This document shows positions 24,991 through 35,159 of a stretch of DNA of 51,048 bases, one piece after another (positions within the stretch are counted from its first letter, which is position 1; each line of letters starts with the position of its first letter). The notes under the pieces were generated by a model. That model worked only from the letters and a program-made list of their open reading frames with translations, did not search any database and was not told the DNA's origin. This DNA is from a virus (taxonomy: Duplodnaviria; Caudoviricetes). The position numbers were made by a program, and so were the translations under genes. The stretch is taken from positions 1 to 51,048 of the IMG/VR virus record IMGVR_UViG_3300030331_003305; one strand, given 5' to 3'.

Positions 24991-26817
24991 GTGGCCGATA
25001 CAAAGTACAATCCCGCAAAGAAGTTTCCCGCTATCATCAAGCAGCAAAAAACAAAGCTGGATGGAGAAAGAAAAAGGTGGGCTAAGTGGGCACGTTGGTA
25101 TCGGAGTGAGTTCTTCCGAACAAATGATGAAGACTACGAGCTGGATGGTAGTTTGGGTGTACCCAACTACAACTCCGATGAGATTACAATGGAGCAGAAC
25201 TTTGTCTACTCCTATTGCGACACTATGGTCGCCAACATCGTGCCACCAAATCCACAAGTCACAGTACAACCTAGAAAAGAAGACCTACGAGAAGCAGCCA
25301 AGCTGCGAGAAATGCTCATCAATGACTGCCTTAGACGAAACAAAGTACACGAAAAACTTTGGAAACTAACCACACGAGCAAGCGTTTGGCCTCGTGCTTT
25401 TATGAAGACAGTCTGGAACCCAAAACGACGAACGCCAATCTTCCGAGTCATAGACCCTAAGAACATATTCTTCGACAACTCCGTAGAGGAATACGAAGAC
25501 ATTCGATACATCATCGAAGTTACCGTACTTACCCGTGGTGAATTTGAAAAAAGAGCAAACGGAAAAGGTAGGAAGAAAGGCATTTACAATAAAGAGGTCG
25601 CAGACAGAGCAACCTTCGGCGCGTTCCCCCAGTGGTTGAAAGACCCACTCAAAGACAGTCCTTCGGATATGTATGCGTCTCAAAATGTGTACCAGTGGAT
25701 TACAATTTACGAAGTCTACGATTTTGTATCGGACAAGTTCTTTCATTTTATGGACGATGTAGATGAGCCTTTGCTCGAAGACAACCTTCCGTACACAAAC
25801 CTACGGAACCCATATCAGATTCTGACGTTCAATGACAATCTGAAAGACATCGGTGGTATGAGTGATGTCCAGTTGATTCAGACTGCTCAAGAACGCCTCA
25901 ACGAGATTGATACCTTAGAGATGTGGCACTCTAAGACATCAATCCCCGTTATGCTTATTAACGGGGGCCTTGTCGATGACCCCGCCGTTTTGATGGACTT
26001 GTTAGAGGACATCGGCGGTCCTGGGGAAATCGGGGTCATCGACACTAAGGCGAGGGTAGGCATCGGTGACGTAATTGGCAGCACTCCTATTCCGCAGTTC
26101 TCCCCTAACTTTTCTCAAATGCGAGCGCGTTGTATTGAGACCATTGAGTTTGTTTTGGGCATCCCTGCTTATAGCCGTGGCATGGTGGGTCAGTCAGATG
26201 TTGCGACAGAGCTGGCTCTGGCTGATACGGCTACGCGAACTAGAAACGCCCGAAGGCAGAAGGCGGTATATGATGTTATCGCTTGGATGGGTGAAGCTGT
26301 TATCGCGTTGTACAAAGAGTTTATGCGTCCTGATGAGGTTATCCCAGCTCGTCTTTTGGACAGTCCCAACGTAGAGCAGTTGACCAAAGAGCTTTTGGTA
26401 ATGAACGAAAACGAGCGTGCTTTGGATTACGATTATGAAGCTGTACCGTTCTCTGCCCCGGAAGCAAACCGAGTTGTGTTGCTCAAGCAGTTGGAGCGTT
26501 TTGCACCTGTGTTGTTGAACAACCCTATGGTCAATCAAGACAAGCTCATCCAGCAGCTCTTGGACTTGTTACTCATGCCAAACGTAAAGGCAGAGCAGCC
26601 ACCGCCACAACCCGGTATGCCAGGTATGACAGGTATGTCTCCAGAAGGACTGCCACCGGGAGTAAACGCACAGGGCGTGCAGGGTCTTGACCCGAATACA
26701 CTTCTTCAGATGATGGGGCAAGGTGCTCCAGAAGATACACCTATGAGCGGGGGAGGAACCCCCGAAAACTTACAAGAAGGCAGCGTATCAGGCGGTGTCG
26801 GAGGAGAGGGAGTCTAA
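24991..26817 (+). CDS. Portal protein
   Basis: 608 aa directly after TerL; P22-like features (FRVIDP.NIFFD, ATE motif, Q/P/G-rich tail). Confidence 0.85.
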   Translation: MADTKYNPAKKFPAIIKQQKTKLDGERKRWAKWARWYRSEFFRTNDEDYELDGSLGVPNYNSDEITMEQNFVYSYCDTMVANIVPPNPQVTVQPRKEDLREAAKLREMLINDCLRRNKVHEKLWKLTTRASVWPRAFMKTVWNPKRRTPIFRVIDPKNIFFDNSVEEYEDIRYIIEVTVLTRGEFEKRANGKGRKKGIYNKEVADRATFGAFPQWLKDPLKDSPSDMYASQNVYQWITIYEVYDFVSDKFFHFMDDVDEPLLEDNLPYTNLRNPYQILTFNDNLKDIGGMSDVQLIQTAQERLNEIDTLEMWHSKTSIPVMLINGGLVDDPAVLMDLLEDIGGPGEIGVIDTKARVGIGDVIGSTPIPQFSPNFSQMRARCIETIEFVLGIPAYSRGMVGQSDVATELALADTATRTRNARRQKAVYDVIAWMGEAVIALYKEFMRPDEVIPARLLDSPNVEQLTKELLVMNENERALDYDYEAVPFSAPEANRVVLLKQLERFAPVLLNNPMVNQDKLIQQLLDLLLMPNVKAEQPPPQPGMPGMTGMSPEGLPPGVNAQGVQGLDPNTLLQMMGQGAPEDTPMSGGGTPENLQEGSVSGGVGGEGV

Positions 26818-27233
26818 TGCCACTATATGATGCCCGTTGTCCAGAGCATGGAAGACAGGAGGTCTTTCAACTACTTGCACATTTTGAAGATGGATTGAGA
26901 TGTCCGATTTGCGACAGAGAGGTATTACGCATTGTGAGCCCTGTTGCACAAGCAGGACCTAGTGATGACAGGCCCTTGAGGATTAAACAAATCGGTAAGA
27001 CCTTTACAACCAAAACGCAGCTCAAAGAATACTTGAAGGAGAACCCGGATTGTGAGATGGTTAGCTCATCTAGCAGTCAGTGGAAGGATTTTAAGCATAC
27101 TGCCAGAGAGAACGCGGATGCCTATTACAAAGAGGCGGGATACCGAGATAAAGATGATTATAGAAAGAACATCCGTAAAGATATGGCTGAGCAAAAACGG
27201 GCTGCTTCCGCTGCAGCTACAAAAAAATCTTAG
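26817..27233 (+). CDS. FmdB-like zinc-ribbon protein
   Basis: MPLYD.RC..HG...CPIC...RI.S. Confidence 0.75.
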   Translation: MPLYDARCPEHGRQEVFQLLAHFEDGLRCPICDREVLRIVSPVAQAGPSDDRPLRIKQIGKTFTTKTQLKEYLKENPDCEMVSSSSSQWKDFKHTARENADAYYKEAGYRDKDDYRKNIRKDMAEQKRAASAAATKKS

Positions 27234-27242
27234 GAGTTAATT

Positions 27243-27722
27243 ATGCACTATGAAAGCGATCACAAAAGTCCAGAGGAGTGTTTGCTAGAACTTATGAAAG
27301 AGAATCTTCCTCCAGAGGAGGTCATCCGCCGCTTCAAAGAAAAAGGCTACAGCCTTGAAGGTGAAGGTAAAAAGGAAGATTACGAAGAAAAAGGCAAAGA
27401 CGAACATTCTGATTACGACAAGGAAGACAAGAAAGAGTATTCTAGAGATGAGATGATTGAATGTCTTATGAAAGATTGTGACTCTCTGGAGGAGTGCAAA
27501 GATAAGCTAGACCATTACGGGTACGACGTTGTAAAAACCGATAAAGAACATTCCGAGCACAAAGAAGATAAAGAAGAAGTAAAAGAAGACGACGGTGTGA
27601 TGGACCTTAAAATCAAAAAGGTCACCGTTATGGGTGATGAGGAAGGAGCGCACCCTGTCCCTCGCATGGCTAAACTGATTCGAGTAGCCCGTAAAGCTAT
27701 GAAAGGCGACAAGGAGTACTGA
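27243..27722 (+). CDS. Acidic protein with two internal repeats
   Basis: ELMKE...EEV..RF..KGY repeated as CLMKD...EEC..KL..YGY; AGGAG SD. Confidence 0.75.
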   Translation: MHYESDHKSPEECLLELMKENLPPEEVIRRFKEKGYSLEGEGKKEDYEEKGKDEHSDYDKEDKKEYSRDEMIECLMKDCDSLEECKDKLDHYGYDVVKTDKEHSEHKEDKEEVKEDDGVMDLKIKKVTVMGDEEGAHPVPRMAKLIRVARKAMKGDKEY

Positions 27723-27724
27723 TT

Positions 27725-28471
27725 ATGAAAGAGAATATGATGAAAGAAGATATGATGTCTTCAGATGTGCAAATTGATGAAATTGGTGATACCAAAATGG
27801 GTGAAGCTAAGGGAGTTATGAACTTTCCTAAAGAACGCGCTAGAGTTGCCCAGAAGATAATGTCGCAACAAAAATTTAAAGGACTTCCTAAGAGGTGGAA
27901 AGGCCGCGGAGATTACTTCTTTGAGACCCAAGACGATGGCACGATTAAAGTTACAGGCGGTGACAAGGCTTCTAGTCTTACGGGCGGTAAGTCTACAATC
28001 GTTAGGGATAAAGAAAGAATCCAAAAGATTATAGAAGCTGCCCGTGATGGTGACGTTATTGAAGAAAATGTAACGTATAAATCTAGTGATATGTCTAAGG
28101 AAGAAATGGATACCATTCCTCAACGCACCATGTTCGAAAGTTCTGACTATCAAGCTGGAGGGGGCATCAAATCTTTCGGAGAAAGTGACGCAGAAGCTGG
28201 AATGGAAGAACGTCTACAAGAGTCTGGCCCTGATGTGCGAAAAGCAGATATGGCTAGAGGCGTAGACCTGTCATCAGAAAGAGAGAGTGAAGTTGTAGAA
28301 GATGACCCTGTACTCAAAAAATTCAAAGAGACCATGGGTGCTCTTAGAAATATGATTGAAAAAGAGAAAGAAGGTCCTACAAGAGACGCTTACTCTGACG
28401 CTTTAAGCCAGTTAGAAGGAAGATTTTTACAGAGTCTTCAACAACGTGGAATTGCACTAAATAAAAAATAG
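27725..28471 (+). CDS. Hypothetical head-module protein
   Basis: AAGGAG SD; position in the head module. Confidence 0.75.
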   Translation: MKENMMKEDMMSSDVQIDEIGDTKMGEAKGVMNFPKERARVAQKIMSQQKFKGLPKRWKGRGDYFFETQDDGTIKVTGGDKASSLTGGKSTIVRDKERIQKIIEAARDGDVIEENVTYKSSDMSKEEMDTIPQRTMFESSDYQAGGGIKSFGESDAEAGMEERLQESGPDVRKADMARGVDLSSERESEVVEDDPVLKKFKETMGALRNMIEKEKEGPTRDAYSDALSQLEGRFLQSLQQRGIALNKK

Positions 28472-28479
28472 GAGAAGTT

Positions 28480-29328
28480 ATGGAAGAAACTACTGAATCC
28501 CCGGCAGTAGCTGAAGCACCAGCGACAGATACAGCCCCTGTTGAAACTGCTGAACCCGTTGAAGCTGCAGAGCCACCTGCAGAAGAAGCTCCTGCGGAGG
28601 CGGAAGCCCCCGCGGAGGAGCCCGTTACGTTCGACTCATTTGGGTGGGACGATTGGGATGGCAAGCACGAAGCCTTCCCAGAAGACATTCGAGGTTGGGC
28701 AGAGAAGATTAACGGCTACTGGAGTCCTAAGATTAAAGAGCACGAGGAAGATGCTGCGCGTTATCAGCGTTTGTACGAAGCTCTTTCTTATGGTCAAGAG
28801 GACCCTCGTCTTAACGAGTTGCAAACAAAGAACACCGAGTGGGAGACTAAATACACCACTTTGGAAAACGAGCTGAATGGTTTTAAGGAATCTTTAGAGG
28901 AGTACGAGAACCAGCAGGTCGAGGAGTTTGTTACTAAGTTTTACGACACACATGGCGAGGAGCTGGAGCAAAACCCAGAACTTAAAAGTGCAGTTACAAC
29001 CTTGGTAGAGCAAGAGTTTGACCCCTACTACGCGGTCAAATTAGCGAAACTAGGGACTGACGCTGCAGAGTTTGCACTAGAGTTAAAGAAAGAAAATGTT
29101 CCAGATAAGCGAGCATTGGAATTGATTTCTTTAAAGTTTGGTGCTAAAAATGTTCCATCGGCGCAGACTCCTGTGCAGCCATCGCTTTCTAAATCACAGC
29201 AAGCGGTGACTGGTGCGACACCAGCCCATCGGCCTCAAAAACCGGTGGTGAGGATGCAGGATTTAAGCAGGAGAGATCAACTCTCCCGCGCTGCAAAAAT
29301 AGCAATCGCTTCTAATAGAAAGAGGTAA
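28480..29328 (+). CDS. Capsid scaffolding protein
   Basis: A/E/P-rich N-terminus, coiled coil, basic C-terminal helix; directly upstream of the capsid gene. Confidence 0.75.
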   Translation: MEETTESPAVAEAPATDTAPVETAEPVEAAEPPAEEAPAEAEAPAEEPVTFDSFGWDDWDGKHEAFPEDIRGWAEKINGYWSPKIKEHEEDAARYQRLYEALSYGQEDPRLNELQTKNTEWETKYTTLENELNGFKESLEEYENQQVEEFVTKFYDTHGEELEQNPELKSAVTTLVEQEFDPYYAVKLAKLGTDAAEFALELKKENVPDKRALELISLKFGAKNVPSAQTPVQPSLSKSQQAVTGATPAHRPQKPVVRMQDLSRRDQLSRAAKIAIASNRKR

Positions 29329-29331
29329 ATA

Positions 29332-30426
29332 ATGGCATTTTCACCTGACGTATTAGTCACCGCGCTGCAGGAACTTATTCCTGGCTACTCGGAGACTTTC
29401 ACCAAGTGGCACCCTGCTTTCGATGCAATCGTAAAGAAGGGACAAAAGGTCACTGCAAAAGGTCCTTTTAGAGAGTTCGCTCTTGTCCCAAGTGGACCTG
29501 GACAAATCACCCCCATCTTGACTGGTAACGAAGTTATCGCAGGTGGTCGTACTATGAATTCTGTTCGCGCTAATACCTATGCCGCGACCATGATTTACGC
29601 ATACGACGTACCGGGTCAAGACCTTCGGGAAGCAAATGGAGAGATGGACCTAGTTCAACTCATCAAGCGTTACCCCGAACGAGCTATCATGGACTTCCAT
29701 GAGCGCATCGCACAGCAGCTTGTTGCTGGTAACGGTGCTGGAGCAGGCTCTTTCCCAACATTCAACGGCAACGTAACCTACGATCCCAAAGGACTTGGTG
29801 CGCGACGAGGAGCTTTTGAGTACGCAAATGCAGCAGCTCAAACAGACACCGTATTCGGTGTTCAAAAGAACTCCATTACAGGCTGGCACAACCAGTACCG
29901 CGACATCGCTTCCTTCGCTGCAGAAGGTCGTAAGCAAATGCGAGCAGCTTACTATGATGCGAGCCAAGAAATGGCTAACGCAGAAGGCGATGTTGACTTG
30001 CTCTTTGGTGACCGGGGCTCCTTCGACAATTACCTAGAAGACCTTGATGACCAAGTTCAAATCATCACGCCATCTACTGAAGCAGGTGACCGCGCTCCTA
30101 GCAAGCTCCGTCAAGGTGCTAAGTTCTTAGGTGCTACGTTCTACTCTGACCAGTACATCGATGTCACTTCCGCAGCAATTAGTCAGCGCGGCGGCGTTGC
30201 TTCACCTGCAGCGAACGGTCTCATCTACGGAATCCACTCCAGCACATGGCACTTGTACACTATGGGGCATGATTCTATGATGGAAACCAAGGGTGACTTC
30301 GCACAACGTGGCCCTATCCGTCACCCGACGCAGGATATGTGGCGTTACGAGTTCGTGCTTAGCATGGGCATGTACTGTGATAACCTTCGTTGTAACTTCG
30401 CCGTAACCGGCGGAAACCTACCTTAA
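29332..30426 (+). CDS. Major capsid protein
   Basis: 364 aa after the scaffold; GAGG SD; strongly biased codon usage. Confidence 0.8.
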   Translation: MAFSPDVLVTALQELIPGYSETFTKWHPAFDAIVKKGQKVTAKGPFREFALVPSGPGQITPILTGNEVIAGGRTMNSVRANTYAATMIYAYDVPGQDLREANGEMDLVQLIKRYPERAIMDFHERIAQQLVAGNGAGAGSFPTFNGNVTYDPKGLGARRGAFEYANAAAQTDTVFGVQKNSITGWHNQYRDIASFAAEGRKQMRAAYYDASQEMANAEGDVDLLFGDRGSFDNYLEDLDDQVQIITPSTEAGDRAPSKLRQGAKFLGATFYSDQYIDVTSAAISQRGGVASPAANGLIYGIHSSTWHLYTMGHDSMMETKGDFAQRGPIRHPTQDMWRYEFVLSMGMYCDNLRCNFAVTGGNLP

Positions 30427-30438
30427 AGGAGATTTATC

Positions 30439-30939
30439 ATGGCTATAGATACTGGAATTGGTATTTCGATTGACCTAGTTTCGACAACCGCTGAAGGTGC
30501 TCAAGCACCTCTTGGGCAAACTCTTCTAAAACCTGCAGGAACAAATGGGGAAGGCGAGCAAGTGTGGATTTACGTTCAAGCCTCGGAAGCCCTAGTAGCA
30601 GGTAATGTTGTTTGTCGTAAAATTACGGCGGGTGCCCTAGACGCCGATTTAATTGTGCAAAAAACCCTCGCAGGTATGCCCGCGGATTTGGTTGTGGGTG
30701 TAGCTCAACACGCGATTGCTTCTGGCAGTTTCGGATGGGTTTTGAAATCTGGTCAAGGAGTAGTTTTAACTGACTCTGGTAATGCAGTAGGTGGAACAGG
30801 CGGTTTGATCCCAGGTTCAAATGCTGTGGGAACTGCAGAAGCTGCAGGTGCAACAGCAAGAATTCTTGGTGTCGGCATCGCGACAACTGCGGCTGGGGGC
30901 CTGCTGGCTCCAGTTATTCTAGACTGTCCGTCTAGGTAA
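30439..30939 (+). CDS. Capsid decoration/cement protein (DUF2190-like)
   Basis: G/A-rich; W.YVQA...G, VGVA..AIA.G.FGWV...G; follows the capsid gene. Confidence 0.65.
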   Translation: MAIDTGIGISIDLVSTTAEGAQAPLGQTLLKPAGTNGEGEQVWIYVQASEALVAGNVVCRKITAGALDADLIVQKTLAGMPADLVVGVAQHAIASGSFGWVLKSGQGVVLTDSGNAVGGTGGLIPGSNAVGTAEAAGATARILGVGIATTAAGGLLAPVILDCPSR

Positions 30940-30947
30940 AAACTTTT

Positions 30948-30987
30948 AGGGGAGTTCTTCAAGATAGGAGGACTCCCCTCTTTTCTT
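30948..30987 (+). terminator. Intrinsic terminator after the capsid genes
   Basis: GGGGAGTTCTTC/GGAGGACTCCCC stem then TCTTTTCTT. Confidence 0.8.
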
Positions 30988-31000
30988 ATGGGGGTGTGCC

Positions 31001-32557
31001 ATTTTTAATTTAAAAGGTATTCGTGAAGCTGTATTTGCAAGAGCGGATTGGGCACCCTCACAGTCTACCGTTGCCATCGAACGCACAAACGGTTGGATTA
31101 ACGTAGCTTATATGCAGATTGCAGAAGAAGCCCCGTTTTTATTTTTTGAAGACATCATACCCTTTAGTGTAGATCCTGATGCAAAACCTACCGCAACAGG
31201 CGATACGGTTTCTGTGTTTCCTACGGATGCTTGGGTGTTGCAGCAGGATTTGGATTCCAGCTCTACCACAAAGCTGAACTGGCAAGAAGGGAGAAACTGG
31301 TCTGGTAGAACTGTCAGCATAGAGGATGCAGATGGTCGCTGGTACGACTTTCGTATTCGAGAGGTCTGGACTACCCCCAGTTTCCCTCCAGCTTACGGCA
31401 GGTCTTATATGAGCCTTGAAAAGCCGTGGCCTACTGCAGTTTTACCTACAGGATTAAATTATCGTATTCAAACTTCTGAAGTGGCCTTACCCGATGACAT
31501 GATTGAGATTCGGTCTATGACACTGAAAAGAAATCAGTTGGACTATCCTTTAACGGTCATAGGTCAAGATAGAGCTGAGTACGCTTCTCTCAATATGGCA
31601 GATAGGCTTCAGTCCCAAGGAGTACCCCGCTGGTGTTTCCGTAGAGAGTATCAGGTACTCCAAGCCCCTACATTTGACCCCGTGGCAACTAGCGCAGTTT
31701 CTTTACCGTTTTGGACAGGACCGGAGCCAAGAGGTAAGTTTGAGTATTTGTTCACGTACATTTGGGGGCAGCGAGAAATCTTTTATGCAACTTCTGGCCC
31801 TAGAACGCAAGATCAATCCCAGCCGATTACAACTGCAAATACAACAGGTTCAAGAGTAGAAGCCTATTGGGAAAGCGGTCCTTCTAATACAACCCTATCT
31901 ACTCAAGTGCTGGAGCATACTACAGCAGGTCAACCTCCAATTACTACGCATCATGGTATAGAGATTACATTACCGAATATAGATTTTATGCTAGGGTTTG
32001 ATGATAATGCACGTCAGAGATACCAAAGAGCTGGTATTAAAAAAAGAATTTATCGTCGTCGTTTAACGGATGATGGAGATCAAGTCGGTGCAGGAATTAG
32101 GGTCGAGACTCCAGACAACTTCTTTTTCTTGGACGAGGTAGATGGGCATGTCATTACCTACACGGACACTGGCGCGGTTACACCGGACTATAATAGACCG
32201 TTCCGCGATATACATGGGTATCAAACGCTTCGGTTCATTCCGATTCCAGATAAAACGTATGAAGTGGACCTGCGATGTGTCCGTACACCTAGAAAGTTAG
32301 TGGATGATAAAGATGTGCCACGTATACACAGTGACGCCATCCCCACGCTTATTAACAAGACGTTGCAGTATGTTTATGAAGCGATGGGTAACGAGGCAGC
32401 TAAGAGGTCTGCACAAGCAGACTACGAGAGAGCCCTATACAATCTGACGAAACGATATGGAGATGCACGACCTTCTAGTAGGCCACGTAATAAGCGAGTT
32501 GCATCAGTACGTCGAAATCTGATATACCGTCGTCAGTTCCCATTAGTAAAAGGATAA
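31001..32557 (+). CDS. Head-tail adaptor / tail tubular protein A-like; probable ATT start at 31001
   Basis: Frame is open upstream of ATG 31112 and encodes an adaptor-like helix (WINVAYMQIA); C-terminal L..D.D.P.I...A...LI motif. Confidence 0.6.
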   Translation: MFNLKGIREAVFARADWAPSQSTVAIERTNGWINVAYMQIAEEAPFLFFEDIIPFSVDPDAKPTATGDTVSVFPTDAWVLQQDLDSSSTTKLNWQEGRNWSGRTVSIEDADGRWYDFRIREVWTTPSFPPAYGRSYMSLEKPWPTAVLPTGLNYRIQTSEVALPDDMIEIRSMTLKRNQLDYPLTVIGQDRAEYASLNMADRLQSQGVPRWCFRREYQVLQAPTFDPVATSAVSLPFWTGPEPRGKFEYLFTYIWGQREIFYATSGPRTQDQSQPITTANTTGSRVEAYWESGPSNTTLSTQVLEHTTAGQPPITTHHGIEITLPNIDFMLGFDDNARQRYQRAGIKKRIYRRRLTDDGDQVGAGIRVETPDNFFFLDEVDGHVITYTDTGAVTPDYNRPFRDIHGYQTLRFIPIPDKTYEVDLRCVRTPRKLVDDKDVPRIHSDAIPTLINKTLQYVYEAMGNEAAKRSAQADYERALYNLTKRYGDARPSSRPRNKRVASVRRNLIYRRQFPLVKG

Positions 32558-32561
32558 AATT

Positions 32562-32864
32562 ATGGCCACAAAAAAAGTAACTAAAACTGTAAAAGTAGAA
32601 GAAGAAGTTGAGATTGCCCCTGTACTCGCAGGAGCAATTTACACCTTTACTGGAAAAAGCGGAGAGCTGGAGCACGCTATTTGTTTAGCTACGCGACAAA
32701 GAAGTGGGTGTACAGTTCGCGGTCTTTTCCGTACCTTTGGCGAAGCGGAAGCATGGTATGAAGAAGGTTCAGATGCCCTCTTAAATTGGAAACTTGTTTC
32801 TAAGCCCCAAGTTGAAGCTCCTAAGAAAGCTACTCGAAAGAGAACCACCAAATCGAAAGAGTAG
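32562..32864 (+). CDS. Hypothetical protein with basic termini
   Basis: AAGGA SD; operon context. Confidence 0.7.
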   Translation: MATKKVTKTVKVEEEVEIAPVLAGAIYTFTGKSGELEHAICLATRQRSGCTVRGLFRTFGEAEAWYEEGSDALLNWKLVSKPQVEAPKKATRKRTTKSKE

Positions 32865-32867
32865 GTC

Positions 32868-35159
32868 ATGGCAGATGAGAGAACTCGTAATTCAGTCGGT
32901 CCTTTTCAACTTAGAGTCGAATCCGGTAGGTTAATCGCTCCTAACGAAGTCGCTTCTAAGATTGAGAATATGTACTTGACTGAGACGGGTTCTCTGCGCT
33001 CTGTTCAAGGACCTGTACCTTATCAGCCCACATACCCTGTAGCGGCTACTGCTGACCCCGACCCTGGCCTAGATTTCGCTCGCAGCGCAGGGGTGTATCA
33101 CTGCCTTCTCCAGAGCGGTGAGCGAGACATACTGCTTTGGCATGTGGTGTACACAGGCTCTCCCACTTTGTTTTCTGTGATACAAGAGCACAAAGGCTGG
33201 GATGTAAACGCCGGGGCCCCTTTTGGTATCACTCTTTTAGCTCCCAACGGGGTGGCTGCAAAAGTAAATGCAGACGTATCTCTTTCTTTGAGACCCCAGT
33301 TTCCTACGCAGTTTGAGTCCACACCGGATGGTGTAGTCATCGTGCCTCAAGGGGGTATTGCCTATTTCTATGATGGGGATGTCATAGCACCTTTGGGATT
33401 TCCAGAACGACCTGGCTCTCCTAGCGGGGAAGGCCCACAAACGGACATCGTTGTAGGTGGGAGTAAAAGCCCTCCAAATAATGTCGGGTACGCGCATAGA
33501 GGTGCAAATGCTTTAGGGGGGTTGCCAACAATAACTCCTGTCACTCCTGGTGTGCCTGTAGTCACACTAGCTGCTAGTTTTGGTAACTGTCGGATAGGCA
33601 CTACAGAATTTTCAGATGTTATATCTCCGGGCAATAACAATAAAAATACCTTTGGGGGTGTTTTAAGGCAAGGGAGTTGGAGGTGCTCTGTCCAATTTGT
33701 AGATAGATGGGGTAACCTTTCTGCACTTTCTCCTCCTTCTGGTCGCGTAACTCTAGAAAAAATGGAAAATGCAGACGACCAAGCCAAAGACAAGTATCTT
33801 ACAGATCAAACAATAGATGCTTTGAAGTATCAATTCCTTTGGTCAGGTATCGATAAAGGCCCCGCGCACTGCGTTGGTAGGAATCTTTACAGAACTAAAG
33901 ACCTGTCAAACTCTGGTGATGACAAGTATTACGAAATCCCTTCTAATTTTGGAGGAGGATTTTTAGAGTTTTCTACAATACCCGACAACTTAACTGACTC
34001 TTTTCCAGATGACATACCGGATTCTTCCCTACTTATCGAAGCAGAAAAGTATATACCTGTTCCAGAGTTTAAACTCTGTAAACTAGCTTTTAGCAGACTG
34101 TGGATTGCTAATTTTAAAAACCAACCTGGAGCTGTTCGGTATAGCGTAGTTGGTAAGTGGGGAACTTTTAAAGAAGACGATTTAATCTTCCCAGACCCTA
34201 CGGGAGATGAAGTAACGGGCCTATGGCCTACAGACCAAGGGCTTTTAGTCTTTACGTCTTCTAGCACTTTCTTATTCGTTTCAAATAGTGATGGCGATGG
34301 CTTTAGAGCTTCGACTCTTAGCACAACCATTGGATGCGTTGCCCCCAGCTCTTTACAAACTATGAGAAACGGCCAAACTGTTTGGTTAGGGGAAAAAGGC
34401 TTTTATGCGTATTCTGGAACTACGCTAGACCCTATCAGCATTGTTGTACAACCTACGGTGGACAGAATAAATATAGCTCGTAGAAAGCAAGCTGTATCTG
34501 CAGTAGACAAAAAAATGGACGAGTACAGATGCTGGGTTCCTGTAGATGGGAGCACAACTAACAACCTTTGTTTGATATATGATGGAGAAGGTTGGAGGCA
34601 GAGAAACGATGTCAAAGCAACCAGTGTTTGTGTCACAAAGGACCATCGAAATTATATGCTCGCAACAGGAGAAGTCGCCAAGTCGGGAGGAACAGACCAC
34701 TCCCTGTGGCTCCTCGATAGAGAAGCCTTGTCTTACACAAGAGCATCGGCTAGAGAATCTGTTGTGCAAACAGCATGGCTCAAGTCCATACAGTCAATGC
34801 GACGGTCTACGCTTCTTACAGTCTATATTTGGATGCGAGCTACAGAGAAAGGCGACTTAACTGTTGAAGCGTTCAGAGATTGGAGAGAATCTCCGATTAT
34901 AGAAACAACTGCAGGAGCCACACATCCTCCTAAGTTGTATGCTCAAGAGGACCCACCTTCTTTTTGGGATGAAGCAATAACCGGCTCCACAGGTGCTACT
35001 TGGGTGCGCCGTAGACCTTTTTGGGTCAAGGTAGATTTTCACATGCCTTCGTGCGAGGTCTTTAAACTTAAATTTAAGTATTCCGGTGATTGGGAATTTG
35101 TTGGTATGCTCTTTGAAGACCGCGACGTTCATGGCGGTGGTGTACAGGTGGCCCCATGA
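32868..35159 (+). CDS. Tail nozzle / DNA-stabilisation protein (P22 gp10- or T7 gp12-like)
   Basis: Beta-propeller-like; SRLWIA, VRYS, GDEVTGL, IGCVAP.S, VWL...GFY.Y.G. Confidence 0.7.
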   Translation: MADERTRNSVGPFQLRVESGRLIAPNEVASKIENMYLTETGSLRSVQGPVPYQPTYPVAATADPDPGLDFARSAGVYHCLLQSGERDILLWHVVYTGSPTLFSVIQEHKGWDVNAGAPFGITLLAPNGVAAKVNADVSLSLRPQFPTQFESTPDGVVIVPQGGIAYFYDGDVIAPLGFPERPGSPSGEGPQTDIVVGGSKSPPNNVGYAHRGANALGGLPTITPVTPGVPVVTLAASFGNCRIGTTEFSDVISPGNNNKNTFGGVLRQGSWRCSVQFVDRWGNLSALSPPSGRVTLEKMENADDQAKDKYLTDQTIDALKYQFLWSGIDKGPAHCVGRNLYRTKDLSNSGDDKYYEIPSNFGGGFLEFSTIPDNLTDSFPDDIPDSSLLIEAEKYIPVPEFKLCKLAFSRLWIANFKNQPGAVRYSVVGKWGTFKEDDLIFPDPTGDEVTGLWPTDQGLLVFTSSSTFLFVSNSDGDGFRASTLSTTIGCVAPSSLQTMRNGQTVWLGEKGFYAYSGTTLDPISIVVQPTVDRINIARRKQAVSAVDKKMDEYRCWVPVDGSTTNNLCLIYDGEGWRQRNDVKATSVCVTKDHRNYMLATGEVAKSGGTDHSLWLLDREALSYTRASARESVVQTAWLKSIQSMRRSTLLTVYIWMRATEKGDLTVEAFRDWRESPIIETTAGATHPPKLYAQEDPPSFWDEAITGSTGATWVRRRPFWVKVDFHMPSCEVFKLKFKYSGDWEFVGMLFEDRDVHGGGVQVAP

